IMG/VR virus record: IMGVR_UViG_3300026473_000011
Location: 9,411 to 73,410 of that record
Reading direction: 5' to 3' (one strand)
DNA: 64,000 bases
From: a virus
Shown: positions 19,557-31,773 of the stretch, one piece after another
How positions within the stretch are numbered: position 1 is the stretch's first letter
Layout of the letters: the number at the start of each line of letters is the position of its first letter
Notes under the pieces: model-generated
The model's database searches: none
Told to the model about the DNA's origin: nothing
The model's input: only the letters and a program-made list of their open reading frames with translations
Translations under genes and position numbers: made by a program

Positions 19557-20729
19557 CTACCTTGGCTCTCCATATGCCTCACCCGTAAGCAACATTAGCG
19601 ACAATTCTGGCTTTGATTGGCGAAGAGCTTCAATCGACGCAACATAGCGTCTCGGCTCAGCGTGTGGAATGGCTACACCGTACTTTGCATTCCAATCTGA
19701 TGGACGCATCTCGAAGCATGCTAGGCCGGTACCCAGGGTAATGAGCTTGCTACCCAGCGGCGTCATAACCAGCCGACACCCACCCAAAATTGTCATGCTA
19801 TTTTGGTAACGCGTCATCGCTCCTAGGAGCTGCCGATAGGCTTCGAACGGTTGAGACTCCTGTGCATATAGGATATTAGCCGTCGGCGTCTTGCGACTAT
19901 CAAACAGCGACTCCCGGTATTCAACAAGAAGGCGATCGGCACGGCGCGGGTCCTTGGATGGATGCGGCACAACAGGACAAACCTCAGCCTCTGCCGGAAT
20001 CGAGCCAGCGATCTTCTGAAGTTGGTTGACCCGCCCTTCGCCAAGTACCGGAAACCACACTAGAGGCCAGTCTTGCACGCTTTCTAGCTGCCAAGTCGCG
20101 AAAAAACCTGGGATATTAACAAGGTCGTTGCTTGGGTCTTCGGCTCGAATTTGTCCATCAAGTTTGGCATCCTCAGCAACTAACACTTGAAAGTTGACAC
20201 CGTTGGCATACAGGGGGTGGGTGCCCCCTTCCACAATCACTTTGCTAGGCACCAACTTTTGCAGGATGTTAGTAAGAAGCGCGAGGTAAGTTGCCCGTGG
20301 CAATGAACTGACGTCCAAAATGATGTCCGTCTTACCGTCGATCTCATCAAGGACGGCCTTTACCCTCTGGCGTAGCACGTCACTAGCACTTGTTTCTTCC
20401 TCGTCTTTCGATCGCTCGATGGTTACAGAGACTGTTTGACCCAAAGGTGTAAATACCGCTTCGAGCGCGACTGCGTTCTCCTGCGTCAGCGTTTCGACAT
20501 CTTCATCCAGTTCGTAACCGTCAAAACCGAGCAGCAGCAATTTGGCACTCACGGTCTGCCTCCTGCCCCCCTGCTGTCCCCTCACGAATTCGCGCATCAC
20601 CGACTGCGCTCGCACATCAAAGCCACGACCAGCGATGTACAGCAACTGGACCGGCCGATCCTTAAGCAGGTCATCCCACAGTTCGTGAACGCCATCGCCG
20701 CGGCGAAAAACATAGTGATCCCAAAGCAT
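19557..20729 (-). CDS. Unknown Rossmann-type (possibly divergent CARF-like) protein, last gene of the operon
   Basis: 390 aa; IAGRGFDVR, IILDVSSLPR, TPLGSK; 1-bp gap to the ATPase gene. Confidence 0.7.
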   Translation of the reverse strand: MLWDHYVFRRGDGVHELWDDLLKDRPVQLLYIAGRGFDVRAQSVMREFVRGQQGGRRQTVSAKLLLLGFDGYELDEDVETLTQENAVALEAVFTPLGQTVSVTIERSKDEEETSASDVLRQRVKAVLDEIDGKTDIILDVSSLPRATYLALLTNILQKLVPSKVIVEGGTHPLYANGVNFQVLVAEDAKLDGQIRAEDPSNDLVNIPGFFATWQLESVQDWPLVWFPVLGEGRVNQLQKIAGSIPAEAEVCPVVPHPSKDPRRADRLLVEYRESLFDSRKTPTANILYAQESQPFEAYRQLLGAMTRYQNSMTILGGCRLVMTPLGSKLITLGTGLACFEMRPSDWNAKYGVAIPHAEPRRYVASIEALRQSKPELSLMLLTGEAYGEPR

Positions 20730-20730
20730 G

Positions 20731-22644
20731 TCAGCTCGTCTCCAGGCTCTTGCGGTTGGGCGTAAAACGTCGCTCCATCCATTTCATTAGTTCACCTGCG
20801 GTGACGTCTCGCCACCCCCCCATCTGCAGCGGAAGACCGAAATGAGCACAGAGTGAGCGATTGAGGTAGAAAACTGTTCCGCTATCGCGCGACCCAGTGG
20901 CCTGACTTTCACGCTGCACCAGGAGGTTTTCTGCAGCACATTCGGCTAACACGCGTTGCAAGGTCAGCCCTGGCGTGCCAAACGCGCCGGGAGTGGTCAA
21001 CTTGGCTAACTCTGCGCGTGACAGACGAACACCCGTCACACCGGGAGCGTAAGGCGCATTCGGTGCAAACGTCTGCTCGTAGCAGAACGCACCGATAGAA
21101 TCCACTAATCTTTGAGCACGGGTGCCTTCGGTATGTGATTTAGGAATGAAATCACGCCTGCGAGCGGCGGCCTCACGTAGCAACTTATCTTGTTCCACCG
21201 GGGAAAGAATAGGCTCAGATTTACGCAACACCTGCTTGGCCTGCAGGCCAACATAAAGCGCTGCGGCAAGCCCCAGCAGTTCCTCTACATTGTTCGTCGC
21301 CATAACGCACAAACGGTCGAATCCAAAGTAATAAGGTATACCCAGCTCTTCGTGCATGAATAACTCTGCAGCGTTGCGAACCTGGGAGCTATCGCGGTCC
21401 TCGAGCTCCTCCTCGGTCAAAGTCAAGTCCAAGGACATTTGGCGTTTCGATTCATCTCGCACCAGCAGAATTCTTGTAACGTAGAGTTCAAGCAGTGATT
21501 TCAGGTTCTGATCGGTCGTGTACTGGTCCGCACGTGCCAACCACTGGGCATAGCGCTGATTGGATTGATGACGCTCAACTTCACTACGGAAGCGTTCAAT
21601 ACCCTCGGCAACCTGAGCTCGCACCTCACTGCTTACCAATTCGTCGCGCAAACATTGCGTGAAAGATCCCACCGGTACTGCGTCCTGATTTTTCATACGC
21701 CGATCCAGGATATTCTGCGCATAGGAGACGAATTGGTTCACCCCTTTGGCATCGCTCCACATCCTGTCAAGGTTGTATTCACGCAGATCGCGCCCCTCGC
21801 GGGCACCCTGTGAGAGTAGTTCAGTGCCGAGTGCAACGGTACGTTCTGCTAACCAGATTGGGAGGGCGGGACGCATTACAGTCAGCTCGTCTACCAGAAG
21901 CGCCCTTTGCTTACGACGCAACTTGTGCATGTCATCGACCATCAGGAGCCGCTTAGCGGCAACAGCCCGCCCCTCATGGACGAAAATAACGGACTGCAAC
22001 CAAAGTACGCCTTCAAATCGGAACTGAACGGGTAGCGCCATGTTGACAGCTCCCGTGAACGTGTCTAACTGAGCATAAACCTGTTGCTCGTGCTCCTCGG
22101 CCCAGGTCGCCAACTCCAAAGCGTTCGTTATTGCCGGGATGCCCTTTAGGCCATCCAGGGCAGAATGGTCGAGTGACACTTCAGCCAATTGCTCAGGAGT
22201 ACTAAAGCCCAGCAACGCCCCCAAGCTGCGTAGCGTTCGCAGCACAATTCGACAATCCAGCAGCGCGCGGAAAAGGCCCTCGTGCTGCAGGCTTTCACTG
22301 GCAGGCAGATCGGCATACCCCGATGCGCAACTAAGATACACACCCAAAAGCTGCGGGCTTTCGCCTTCGGTTAGTAGTCCGCGATTCAGTAGTTTTTGGA
22401 AGGACTCTGACAATTCGGGACGATTGCGAGAGTGCCAGAAAGCACGTAGCGCGGACGGAGTGAATGCCCGCAGCAAAGTGGTCTTACCAGCACCAGGTGT
22501 GCTGCGAAACACGTGAACCGCACCATCGAATGCATCTTCGGCCAGTTTTTCTAAAATCTTTGGCGAGAAAAGACGTACAAACTCCATATCCGAAGTCGTG
22601 CGCTCAGACATTCGCTCCAGGAAAGGATTAACGTTGTATGCCAT
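20731..22644 (-). CDS. P-loop ATPase, ORC/CDC6- or STAND-like
   Basis: NPF N-terminus, STPGAGKTT Walker A, LLMVDD Walker B. Confidence 0.8.
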   Translation of the reverse strand: MAYNVNPFLERMSERTTSDMEFVRLFSPKILEKLAEDAFDGAVHVFRSTPGAGKTTLLRAFTPSALRAFWHSRNRPELSESFQKLLNRGLLTEGESPQLLGVYLSCASGYADLPASESLQHEGLFRALLDCRIVLRTLRSLGALLGFSTPEQLAEVSLDHSALDGLKGIPAITNALELATWAEEHEQQVYAQLDTFTGAVNMALPVQFRFEGVLWLQSVIFVHEGRAVAAKRLLMVDDMHKLRRKQRALLVDELTVMRPALPIWLAERTVALGTELLSQGAREGRDLREYNLDRMWSDAKGVNQFVSYAQNILDRRMKNQDAVPVGSFTQCLRDELVSSEVRAQVAEGIERFRSEVERHQSNQRYAQWLARADQYTTDQNLKSLLELYVTRILLVRDESKRQMSLDLTLTEEELEDRDSSQVRNAAELFMHEELGIPYYFGFDRLCVMATNNVEELLGLAAALYVGLQAKQVLRKSEPILSPVEQDKLLREAAARRRDFIPKSHTEGTRAQRLVDSIGAFCYEQTFAPNAPYAPGVTGVRLSRAELAKLTTPGAFGTPGLTLQRVLAECAAENLLVQRESQATGSRDSGTVFYLNRSLCAHFGLPLQMGGWRDVTAGELMKWMERRFTPNRKSLETS

Positions 22645-23750
22645 CAGAACTCCCGATGACGGCTGACCCTAGGGAACAGCCCGTGCGGCTTGAACTGTTC
22701 CGGCCCCCACAAAATATAAACCGAGTTATTCGGCGTGTTGTGTCCCAAAACCACTGGCAATGCACATCCGGCGAAACCCAGACTAGCCTCATTTGTCCCG
22801 CCTACGAGGAAGTGCTTATCGACCACACTACTGTTGGAGTAGGCAGGATTAGCAAGTAGCGCTTGCAAAGCAAGATTGACATTGTTGGTAAGCGAGACCT
22901 CAGGCTCGATTGGACACAGCACGCGCACTTGCAGAGGCTTGAAGCCATGATCCGTCGTGAACCGCTCTGACCAATATTCAATGTGGTCAATCGCCTGACG
23001 GGTTGCGGTGTAAAGCATTAAGAACACTTCATAGTGCGACGGGTCAACCATGCCACTCTGATGTAGCCGTTGGTAGATCTTTGGCAATTTTCCCTTGAAC
23101 CGGCGAGAAGTACCGTCGTATCGGATGTAGGTATTGCCGCTACCCGAGAAGTCATCTAGTAACCAGATCAGATTGAAGTGTGGAGCATCTGACACGAATC
23201 CAGCGTGTGTCAACGATACTTTCAACCCTTCGAGCATGTCTTCAGCCTTTTCATCACCCAGCTCATAGGCTTGCCAGATCTGCTCGTTACTGATCTCTCC
23301 ATCGCTAGCACGCCGCAATTCGTTGGTTCTCGCACCATCGCTCAAACCTAGATAAAGAGATGTCAAGCGCAGCTGCTCAAAACGTCGATGACGAGCAATT
23401 TCCTGGACTCTGAAGGAGGGGATCTCATGTTCTTCAGATACTAATCGGATACGCTCCTGCACGATCCAGTCGCGGTAAGCAGTTCGCACCAAATGGGAAA
23501 ACTCGGTATCAGAAATGAACACCAAGTGTTCCATGACCAGTTGCAAAGCGGCCTGCCGATCCTGAGGTTCGAACTGATGAAGCCATAACGCCAAGCTCTC
23601 AATGAAGCGACGCCCTGGCCCGAAACGCTGGTAATGGTCATATTTGAAGTCGGCTAGGAGTTGCAGGGTAGGCAACACCTGTGGGACGATTTCCAAATCG
23701 TCCCAACCCATAACCTTGGCCAGTAACTTGGCTGCATTCTGGTCATGCAT
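22644..23750 (-). CDS. Phosphoribosyltransferase-fold protein (PRTase-CE-like)
   Basis: LIWLLDDFSGSGNT PRPP-binding loop; LSDGA; HNTPNNS...LFPR C-terminus. Confidence 0.8.
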   Translation of the reverse strand: MHDQNAAKLLAKVMGWDDLEIVPQVLPTLQLLADFKYDHYQRFGPGRRFIESLALWLHQFEPQDRQAALQLVMEHLVFISDTEFSHLVRTAYRDWIVQERIRLVSEEHEIPSFRVQEIARHRRFEQLRLTSLYLGLSDGARTNELRRASDGEISNEQIWQAYELGDEKAEDMLEGLKVSLTHAGFVSDAPHFNLIWLLDDFSGSGNTYIRYDGTSRRFKGKLPKIYQRLHQSGMVDPSHYEVFLMLYTATRQAIDHIEYWSERFTTDHGFKPLQVRVLCPIEPEVSLTNNVNLALQALLANPAYSNSSVVDKHFLVGGTNEASLGFAGCALPVVLGHNTPNNSVYILWGPEQFKPHGLFPRVSRHREF

Positions 23751-25728
23751 CGTCAGCAACTCCGTTGTCCCGCGCCTCAGGAAGATCCAGCCGAAATACG
23801 CCACCATCCTCTAGCGTAATTCGATCCAAGTACCACAGCGTAGCATCGACATCACGCTTCTCCGCGGGCGCAAGCTTCCAAGCCCGGTCTAGTCGGCGCG
23901 AAGGCATGTCCACACTTAGCGAGTATCGGTGCTCGAGCAACGCGGCATCATTACCCGGCCACGCCCCCTGATCACCCAAAGTCAGGATTTCGTAGGGGTC
24001 GACCTTGTTCTTCTGAATGATGTCGGCCACAAGAGCAGACTTGCTGACTCCTTTAGCAAGAATATCGACCGAATGCTTGCTCCGAACCATGGTGGAGAGA
24101 TCGAGACCCGCTTGACGCAGAGCGTCGGCGATAACAAACCACATACCATCGGTCGTCAACCCTTCGGAAAACCGGACGCTGACCTGGTAGGGATGCGTAG
24201 TTCGATGTGTCAGGATTGGCACCCCCATCGACTTCAGACGTACCACGATGCGCGTCACATGACTGAGAAACTCGCTGGTCTCAGTCGAAGGTACTGGTGG
24301 CGTATCCGCTGCAGCAATCCAGCCCCCGTTGTATAGACCCAGCTTGATTCTAGGCAGGACGTCGCGCGGCATAACTTCTTCTAGGCAGGTCTGAATCGAC
24401 CCTCCTCGACCAGAGGCAATGCCGACCACTACACCTGCACGTGCCAAACGTACCAGATGCTCCACGATACCGAGCGGCGGCGGCAATTCCTTGGTCTGAG
24501 AACTGCAAAGTGTGCCGTCATAGTCGAATACCAAAGCTTTGAAGCGCTGCGCACGAATCGTGTCAGCAAAGGCTCTTGCCGCACGGCGCATGGTTCCATG
24601 ATCTCTCCGAGAAGGCCAATGCGCCCCTAGAACCTCATACTTGGATTGCTCCTCCGCTGGGCCTGCCGGCTGTGGCAACGGGATGACATCACGCAGATTC
24701 GCATAATGAATCTCTCTACCGTAGGTTGGCACCTTCGGCCGCCCTGGGTCGACACCGAGTTCGCGACCGACTGCTGCAACTAAATGCATCTGCGCTACAA
24801 GGCCAGTTATCAGATGAACCGGATCAGAGCCAGATAGCGGCATCGTCAGTGTCGGAATTTCACTAGGAAACTTGCTGCGCATTTCGTTCCACAGCTGGCC
24901 CAGAGATGGTTCGACCAGTGCCAAGATGGCGCAATCCTTCGGTCGCTGCGCTAACCACAAGTGTCGACCATGAGCAAACGAACGAAGATCGGCCAATTGA
25001 GTGTGCAGAAGCGCGCCCTCTGACAGCTTAGATTCCAAGTCAGTGGCTACAGCTCTCAGCAGCGGCGAATAGACGACCGTGAGTGCACCACGTTTAACCG
25101 CCTCGACAACGAATGGCCGGGCTACCCCAAGCCATTCTTGAACAGTCTGTTCACCCAATCGCAATTCTGTGACATTCGACGGCATGAGTTGAGGACGGCC
25201 ATTGAGCTCCCCGTATGCTCGCGCCACCAGCACAGCGTCGAGCAACAGACTGTTGGTAGCAAGGTAACCATCCTTCTTCTCCAACTCAAAAACGTACGGC
25301 TTCACGCCCGAAAAATCCTGAACATGCTCCATAAGTGGGCTGTTCTGCCGATTAGTCAGCACATGCACCGTACGCGAACTGAAGCGTCGTGCGCGCTCAA
25401 GCGCCTCCACAATGTCGGGGTTTTTACCTTCAGCCGATATAAGAAAGACTGGGCTAGAGGAAGCCAATGATGGCGAGCAGATGATCTCCAGCGGTGTCGA
25501 GGGCCGAGAGACTCGGCCGGTGTAGGCTTCATGCAAGCTGCACAACAGGGATGCCACAGTGAAGGATCCTCCCGAACCCACACCGATCATGCTTGCTTCA
25601 GCGGTACTGGCGATTGCTAGTTTTAGCGCTCCGATGTCGGCGGCGCACGCCGCCGAGTAGGTATTACCCAACTGTGCGAGTTCACCCTCATAGTGGTTGG
25701 GCGACAACGCTGCTCCGTCAGCAATCAT
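23743..25728 (-). CDS. SIS phosphosugar-binding/isomerase domain fused to a HAD (IIB-like) phosphatase
   Basis: GVGSGGS, ISAEGKNPD (SIS); FDYDGTL, ASGRG, GVSK, GD...GND (HAD). Confidence 0.85.
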   Translation of the reverse strand: MIADGAALSPNHYEGELAQLGNTYSAACAADIGALKLAIASTAEASMIGVGSGGSFTVASLLCSLHEAYTGRVSRPSTPLEIICSPSLASSSPVFLISAEGKNPDIVEALERARRFSSRTVHVLTNRQNSPLMEHVQDFSGVKPYVFELEKKDGYLATNSLLLDAVLVARAYGELNGRPQLMPSNVTELRLGEQTVQEWLGVARPFVVEAVKRGALTVVYSPLLRAVATDLESKLSEGALLHTQLADLRSFAHGRHLWLAQRPKDCAILALVEPSLGQLWNEMRSKFPSEIPTLTMPLSGSDPVHLITGLVAQMHLVAAVGRELGVDPGRPKVPTYGREIHYANLRDVIPLPQPAGPAEEQSKYEVLGAHWPSRRDHGTMRRAARAFADTIRAQRFKALVFDYDGTLCSSQTKELPPPLGIVEHLVRLARAGVVVGIASGRGGSIQTCLEEVMPRDVLPRIKLGLYNGGWIAAADTPPVPSTETSEFLSHVTRIVVRLKSMGVPILTHRTTHPYQVSVRFSEGLTTDGMWFVIADALRQAGLDLSTMVRSKHSVDILAKGVSKSALVADIIQKNKVDPYEILTLGDQGAWPGNDAALLEHRYSLSVDMPSRRLDRAWKLAPAEKRDVDATLWYLDRITLEDGGVFRLDLPEARDNGVADDA

Positions 25729-26333
25729 GCAGTTGCGGCCGCCCGTTTGGAGTCAAGCTTCGTACTCATCTTCGATGTCTTTTTAGCTACAACCGAATGC
25801 TTGGCGGCACTCTTGCGTGCAGGGCGTTGCATTGCATACACCGCACGAAGCTCCATCAACATCACCCCCAACATGTTCTCCCCCTTTCCTCCTACCTCAC
25901 CCCAAAGTCGATTAACGGCGTTGTTGACGGTGCCCGCCTCCACAAGCCTGGCCTCACCGGTGGACAACAGAAGCTCACGCAGGTCTGCGTGCTGGTCGAA
26001 CTTAGCACGCAGCACCGCACGCATTCGGTCGAATTTGATCTGAGCCCAATCGGGCACCACATCCCAGACATACAGACCGTGTGCCGCCATCGCGGCCAGG
26101 GCAGGAGTCGGCGCGTTGAGAATCCACTGGCGTACCGCCGGTTTGATCGCCTTGCCTGCCTGATATGCGTGTTCCGAGGTTGGGTAAACCGTCCCCTCAA
26201 ATTCCACAGGACACCTAAACAGATTACTGAAGGCGCCGAACGGCTTCTCGTTTGCGCGGTAAAAACGAATTTCCTGGACGGCAATGCTGTCGGTGGCTGG
26301 GCGTTTGCGCGCTGTCTGCGGCGTCTTAGTCAT
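25725..26333 (-). CDS. NADAR (YbiA-like) N-glycosidase
   Basis: FSNLF, YPTSEHAYQAGK, AKFDQH, LLSTG, LVE, WG, GENMLG..LMELR. Confidence 0.92.
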   Translation of the reverse strand: MTKTPQTARKRPATDSIAVQEIRFYRANEKPFGAFSNLFRCPVEFEGTVYPTSEHAYQAGKAIKPAVRQWILNAPTPALAAMAAHGLYVWDVVPDWAQIKFDRMRAVLRAKFDQHADLRELLLSTGEARLVEAGTVNNAVNRLWGEVGGKGENMLGVMLMELRAVYAMQRPARKSAAKHSVVAKKTSKMSTKLDSKRAAATA

Positions 26334-26518
26334 TGGAGGGATTCCTTGGAAGATTGTTCGGGGCTCAGCCCCAACACGCGGCAGTGATTGACGATCAAAA
26401 TTTCCAGCAAGCTGGTTAAGCTGCGGTGGTCATGCTCTGCCGCAGCCTCTGCTGCGGCCTTAATCTTTGGATCAATCCGGACAGTGATCGTGGCAGTCTT
26501 GATCTTGGGACGTCGCAT
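26330..26518 (-). CDS. Ribbon-helix-helix regulator
   Basis: KTATITVRIDPKIKAAAEAAAEHDHRSLTSLLE; overlaps the NADAR start. Confidence 0.8.
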   Translation of the reverse strand: MRRPKIKTATITVRIDPKIKAAAEAAAEHDHRSLTSLLEILIVNHCRVLGLSPEQSSKESLQ

Positions 26519-26562
26519 GATGATCAATTGTCAATGTATGAAAGGGGAATGTGAGCGCTTAA

Positions 26563-26585
26563 ATGTACTGCATTTTGCGGTACAT
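26563..26585. promoter_or_regulatory. Imperfect palindrome upstream of the RHH operon
   Basis: ATGTACTGCA-TTT-TGCGGTACAT. Confidence 0.5.
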
Positions 26586-26790
26586 AAAAGTACACATGTC
26601 TTTCGCAACGGCAATGATTCTGAAAGATTTGTATTTTTTGAATATTCACCAACACCTCCAGTTCCCCAAAGATTTATGACAGCTTGATGTGTTCAAGTTC
26701 AGAAGAAATTCTTTAAAAATTGGATGCACTCCTCAAAACAAAGATCTTTGTGTCACTCCTTGGTCAAATTTGAGCATTCTGTGCAGTTAA

Positions 26791-26827
26791 AGTACATCAT
26801 ATCATCATAATGATGATATGATGTACT
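26791..26827. promoter_or_regulatory. 37-bp perfect palindrome, probable WYL regulator operator
   Basis: AGTACATCATATCATCAT-A-ATGATGATATGATGTACT. Confidence 0.75.
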
Positions 26828-26865
26828 GGAAATTAGCCTATCTGCAAGCAAAGGTTATTACTGGC

Positions 26866-27756
26866 ATGAAAGCCCAGCGCGTCGAGAACTTGAGTCACGC
26901 CCAGCGCGAGCGACTGGCCTACATCGACTTTCGCCTGTACTTCCTCGGTGAAATCGGTCGTCCCGACCTGATTGAGCGTTTCGGTGTGGCTCCGGCAGGT
27001 GCGACGCGCGACTTGGCGCTTTACCGTGAAATCGCGCCGCAGAACATCACCTTTGACGGTAGAAATAAGATCTATCGCATTGGGCAGGAGTTCGCCCCAG
27101 TGTTCGACCACGCACCTCAGCGCGTGCTGTCAGCGCTGGCTCTTGGCTTTGGCGATGGCGTGAACGGGACAATGCAGTCCTTGCTGCCGTGTGAATCACC
27201 CACTTCCTTGAGCAGCCCAAAAATGGATGCGCTGGCCCCAGTCTGCCGGGCGATCCACGCCAACCGGCCAATCGCCATTCGCTACCAATCGATGAGTAGT
27301 GGAAAGACCGAGCGGATCATTGTGCCATTTGCCCTCGTGGATACCGGTCTACGCTGGCACGTCCGCGCCTTTGACCGCAAGAGCGGAGAGTTTCGGGACT
27401 TTGTCGTCACCCGTATCGAAGCGCCGACGCTGCTCGACGAGGAGCCACGGGCCAACGAACGTCCGGATAACGATATCCAGTGGACGCGCATCGTCGAGCT
27501 GGACTTCGTGCCGCATCCTCGCCTCGAGCGCCCTGAGATCATCCAGATGGACTACGGGATGACCGACGGCTCGATTCGGATGCGCGTGCGCGCAGCTGTA
27601 GCAGGCTACATGCTGTTACGCTGGAGTGTGGACTGCTCGTCCGACCACCATCTCAAGGAAGAACAGTATCGCCTATGGCTCAGCGATCCGCTTGCGCTTT
27701 ACGGCGTAGAAAATGCAAAGCTCGCGCCAGGATATCGATCACCAATCAGTATTTGA
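26866..27756 (+). CDS. WYL-domain transcriptional regulator (BrxR/CapW-like)
   Basis: RLAYIDFRLYFLG wHTH; RWHVRAFD...FRDFVVTRI WYL. Confidence 0.92.
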   Translation: MKAQRVENLSHAQRERLAYIDFRLYFLGEIGRPDLIERFGVAPAGATRDLALYREIAPQNITFDGRNKIYRIGQEFAPVFDHAPQRVLSALALGFGDGVNGTMQSLLPCESPTSLSSPKMDALAPVCRAIHANRPIAIRYQSMSSGKTERIIVPFALVDTGLRWHVRAFDRKSGEFRDFVVTRIEAPTLLDEEPRANERPDNDIQWTRIVELDFVPHPRLERPEIIQMDYGMTDGSIRMRVRAAVAGYMLLRWSVDCSSDHHLKEEQYRLWLSDPLALYGVENAKLAPGYRSPISI

Positions 27757-27794
27757 AGAAATAACAAAATACGAATCGAAAAGAAAATAAAACT

Positions 27795-29341
27795 ATGACT
27801 AGTATCCAACAACGCGCCGAACTACAACGCCGCATCTGGCAAATCGCCAACGATGTACGTGGGGCAGTCGACGGCTGGGATTTCAAACAATATGTACTCG
27901 GCGCCTTGTTTTACCGCTTCATCAGTGAAAACTTCGCCAGCTACATCGAAGGCGGTGATGACAGCATCCAATACGCCGAGTTGACAGATAGCGTGATCAC
28001 TCCAGATATCAAAGACGATGCGATTAAGACCAAGGGCTATTTCATCTACCCCAGCCAGTTGTTTGCCAACGTGGCTGCTAACGCTAACACCAGCGTAAGC
28101 CTGAATACCGACCTTGCTACCATCTTTGCCGCCATTGAAGCGTCCGCCAACGGCTACCCCTCCGAACAAGACATCAAAGGCCTGTTTGCTGACTTTGACA
28201 CCACCAGCAACCGCCTCGGCAACACTGTCAAAGACAAAAATGCCCGGCTCGCCGCAGTGCTCAAGGGCGTAGCCGAGTTGGACTTCGGCGACTTCGACGC
28301 CAGCCATATCGACCTGTTCGGCGATGCCTATGAATTCCTCATTTCCAACTACGCTGCCAATGCCGGTAAATCGGGCGGCGAGTTTTTCACGCCGCAACAT
28401 GTGTCCAAGCTAATTGCCCAATTGGCGATGCACAAGCAAACCAGCGTCAACAAGATTTACGACCCCGCCTGCGGCTCCGGCTCGCTGCTACTGCAAGCCA
28501 AAAAGCACTTTGACGCGCACATCATCGAGGAAGGCTTTTTTGGGCAAGAAATCAACCACACCACTTACAACCTGGCGCGGATGAACATGTTCTTGCACAA
28601 CATCAACTACGACAAGTTCAACGTTCAGCTTGGCAACACCCTGATCGACCCGCATTTTGGTGATGACAAACCCTTCGATGCCATCGTCTCTAACCCGCCC
28701 TATTCGGTGAAGTGGATCGGTTCGGACGATCCCACTCTGATCAACGATGAGCGCTTTGCCCCGGCGGGCGTTCTGGCTCCCAAATCCAAAGCCGACTTTG
28801 CCTTTGTGCTGCACGCGCTGAGTTACCTCTCGAGCAAAGGTCGCGCCGCCATCGTCTGCTTTCCCGGTATTTTTTATCGCGGTGGGGCCGAGCAAAAGAT
28901 CCGTCAGTATCTAGTGGATAACAACTACGTCGAATCCGTGATTTCGCTAGCGCCTAACCTGTTCTACGGCACAACCATCGCCGTGACCATTCTGGTGCTA
29001 TCCAAACACAAAACCGACACCACCACCCAGTTCATCGACGCCAGCGGCCTGTTCAAGAAAGAAACCAACAACAACGTTCTGCTGGACGCGCACATCGAAC
29101 AAATCATGGCCGTGTTCGACAGCAAGGCGAATGTGGATCACGTTGCCCAATCTGTCCCTTTCGAGAAAGTGGCCGCCAACGATTACAACCTGTCGGTCAG
29201 TAGCTACGTCGAAGCCCGCGACAACCGCGAAGTCGTGGACATCAAGTCACTCAACGAGAAGATTGCAAACATCGTAGTGCGACAGACGGAGTTGCGAACG
29301 CAGATTGATGCCATCGTTGCGGAGTTGGAAGGAGAGGAAGC

Positions 29342-29345
<4 letters not shown>
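27795..29345 (+). CDS. hsdM: Type I R-M methyltransferase subunit
   Basis: [20 protein letters not shown]. Confidence 0.97.
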
Positions 29346-30563
<1,218 letters not shown>

Positions 30564-30564
30564 G

Positions 30565-31773
30565 ATGAGCAAAACGCTAACCGAAATCGCTCAACAGCTG
30601 GGAGCCGCCGACAAAAAGATGCAGCTGATCTATGCCTTCAACGGCATGGGCAAGACGCGCCTGTCGCGGGAATTCAAGCAGCAGATTGCGACCGAGGCCG
30701 ACGGCGATGAAGACGCCGATCCAACCGCGCTGTCGCGCAACAGAATCCTTTATTACAACGCGCTCACGGAAGATTTGTTTTACTGGGATAACGATCTGGC
30801 GGGCAATGCCGAGCACAAACTGAAAATCCAACCAAACTCGTTTACCGACTGGGTGCTGAAGGATCAGGGGCAAGACCAGAACATCATCACAACCTTTCAG
30901 CGTTACACCAGCGATAAGCTCACACCGCGATTCAATGAAGAATATAAAGTCATAGGCAATGACGACAAGGAAAGCACCGTCAAAGCCTTCTCTGAAGTAA
31001 CTTTCTCTCTTGAGCGTGGCGATGATGAACACTCCGGAAATTTGAAAATTTCCAAGGGCGAAGAAAGCAATTTCATCTGGAGCTTTTTCTACACGCTGAT
31101 TGAGCAGGTAATTGGCGTTCTCAATGTTGCCGAGCCGGAAGAACGCGAAACAGACCAATTCGATCAGCTGAAATATATTTTTGTTGATGATCCGGTTAGC
31201 TCACTGGATGACAATCATTTGATTCAGTTGGCCGCGGATTTGGCGCAGCTGGTCAAATCAAACGAATCCAGTGTCAAATTCATTATCACGACGCACAATC
31301 CGCTTTTCTTCAATGTGCTTTGCAATGAGTTTGGTAGCGATGAAAAAACCGAGCGCTACAACTGGAAGGCAAAGTGGTTCAGCAAGTCACGGCTGGAGAA
31401 AAATGCGGACGGCAGTCTTCAATTGGTAGAGCAGCCAAACGATTCTCCGTTTGCGTATCACCTGCATCTGCTATCGCTGCTTGAAGAGGCAATAAAAAGC
31501 GGTCAGATCGAAAAATATCACTTCAATCTTCTCCGGAACATTCTCGAAAAGACGGCAACATTCCTCGGATACAAAAGGTGGGAACACCTTCTGCCGGAAA
31601 CAGACGACGGCTTGCCCAACCCGTACGCAAAGCGAATTGTGAACTTCTCAAGCCATTCGAAACATGCTGCCGAAGAAGTGTCACCACTGAAACCTGAAGA
31701 GAGACAGGTTCTGGAAAAACTGGTCAAGCACGTTGTCGAGCAACATCGATTTTGGCAGGAAAAAACCACATGA
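30565..31773 (+). CDS. prrC: PrrC-like anticodon nuclease (ABC ATPase + HEPN)
   Basis: [33 protein letters not shown]; lies between hsdS and hsdR. Confidence 0.85.
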   Translation: MSKTLTEIAQQLGAADKKMQLIYAFNGMGKTRLSREFKQQIATEADGDEDADPTALSRNRILYYNALTEDLFYWDNDLAGNAEHKLKIQPNSFTDWVLKDQGQDQNIITTFQRYTSDKLTPRFNEEYKVIGNDDKESTVKAFSEVTFSLERGDDEHSGNLKISKGEESNFIWSFFYTLIEQVIGVLNVAEPEERETDQFDQLKYIFVDDPVSSLDDNHLIQLAADLAQLVKSNESSVKFIITTHNPLFFNVLCNEFGSDEKTERYNWKAKWFSKSRLEKNADGSLQLVEQPNDSPFAYHLHLLSLLEEAIKSGQIEKYHFNLLRNILEKTATFLGYKRWEHLLPETDDGLPNPYAKRIVNFSSHSKHAAEEVSPLKPEERQVLEKLVKHVVEQHRFWQEKTT

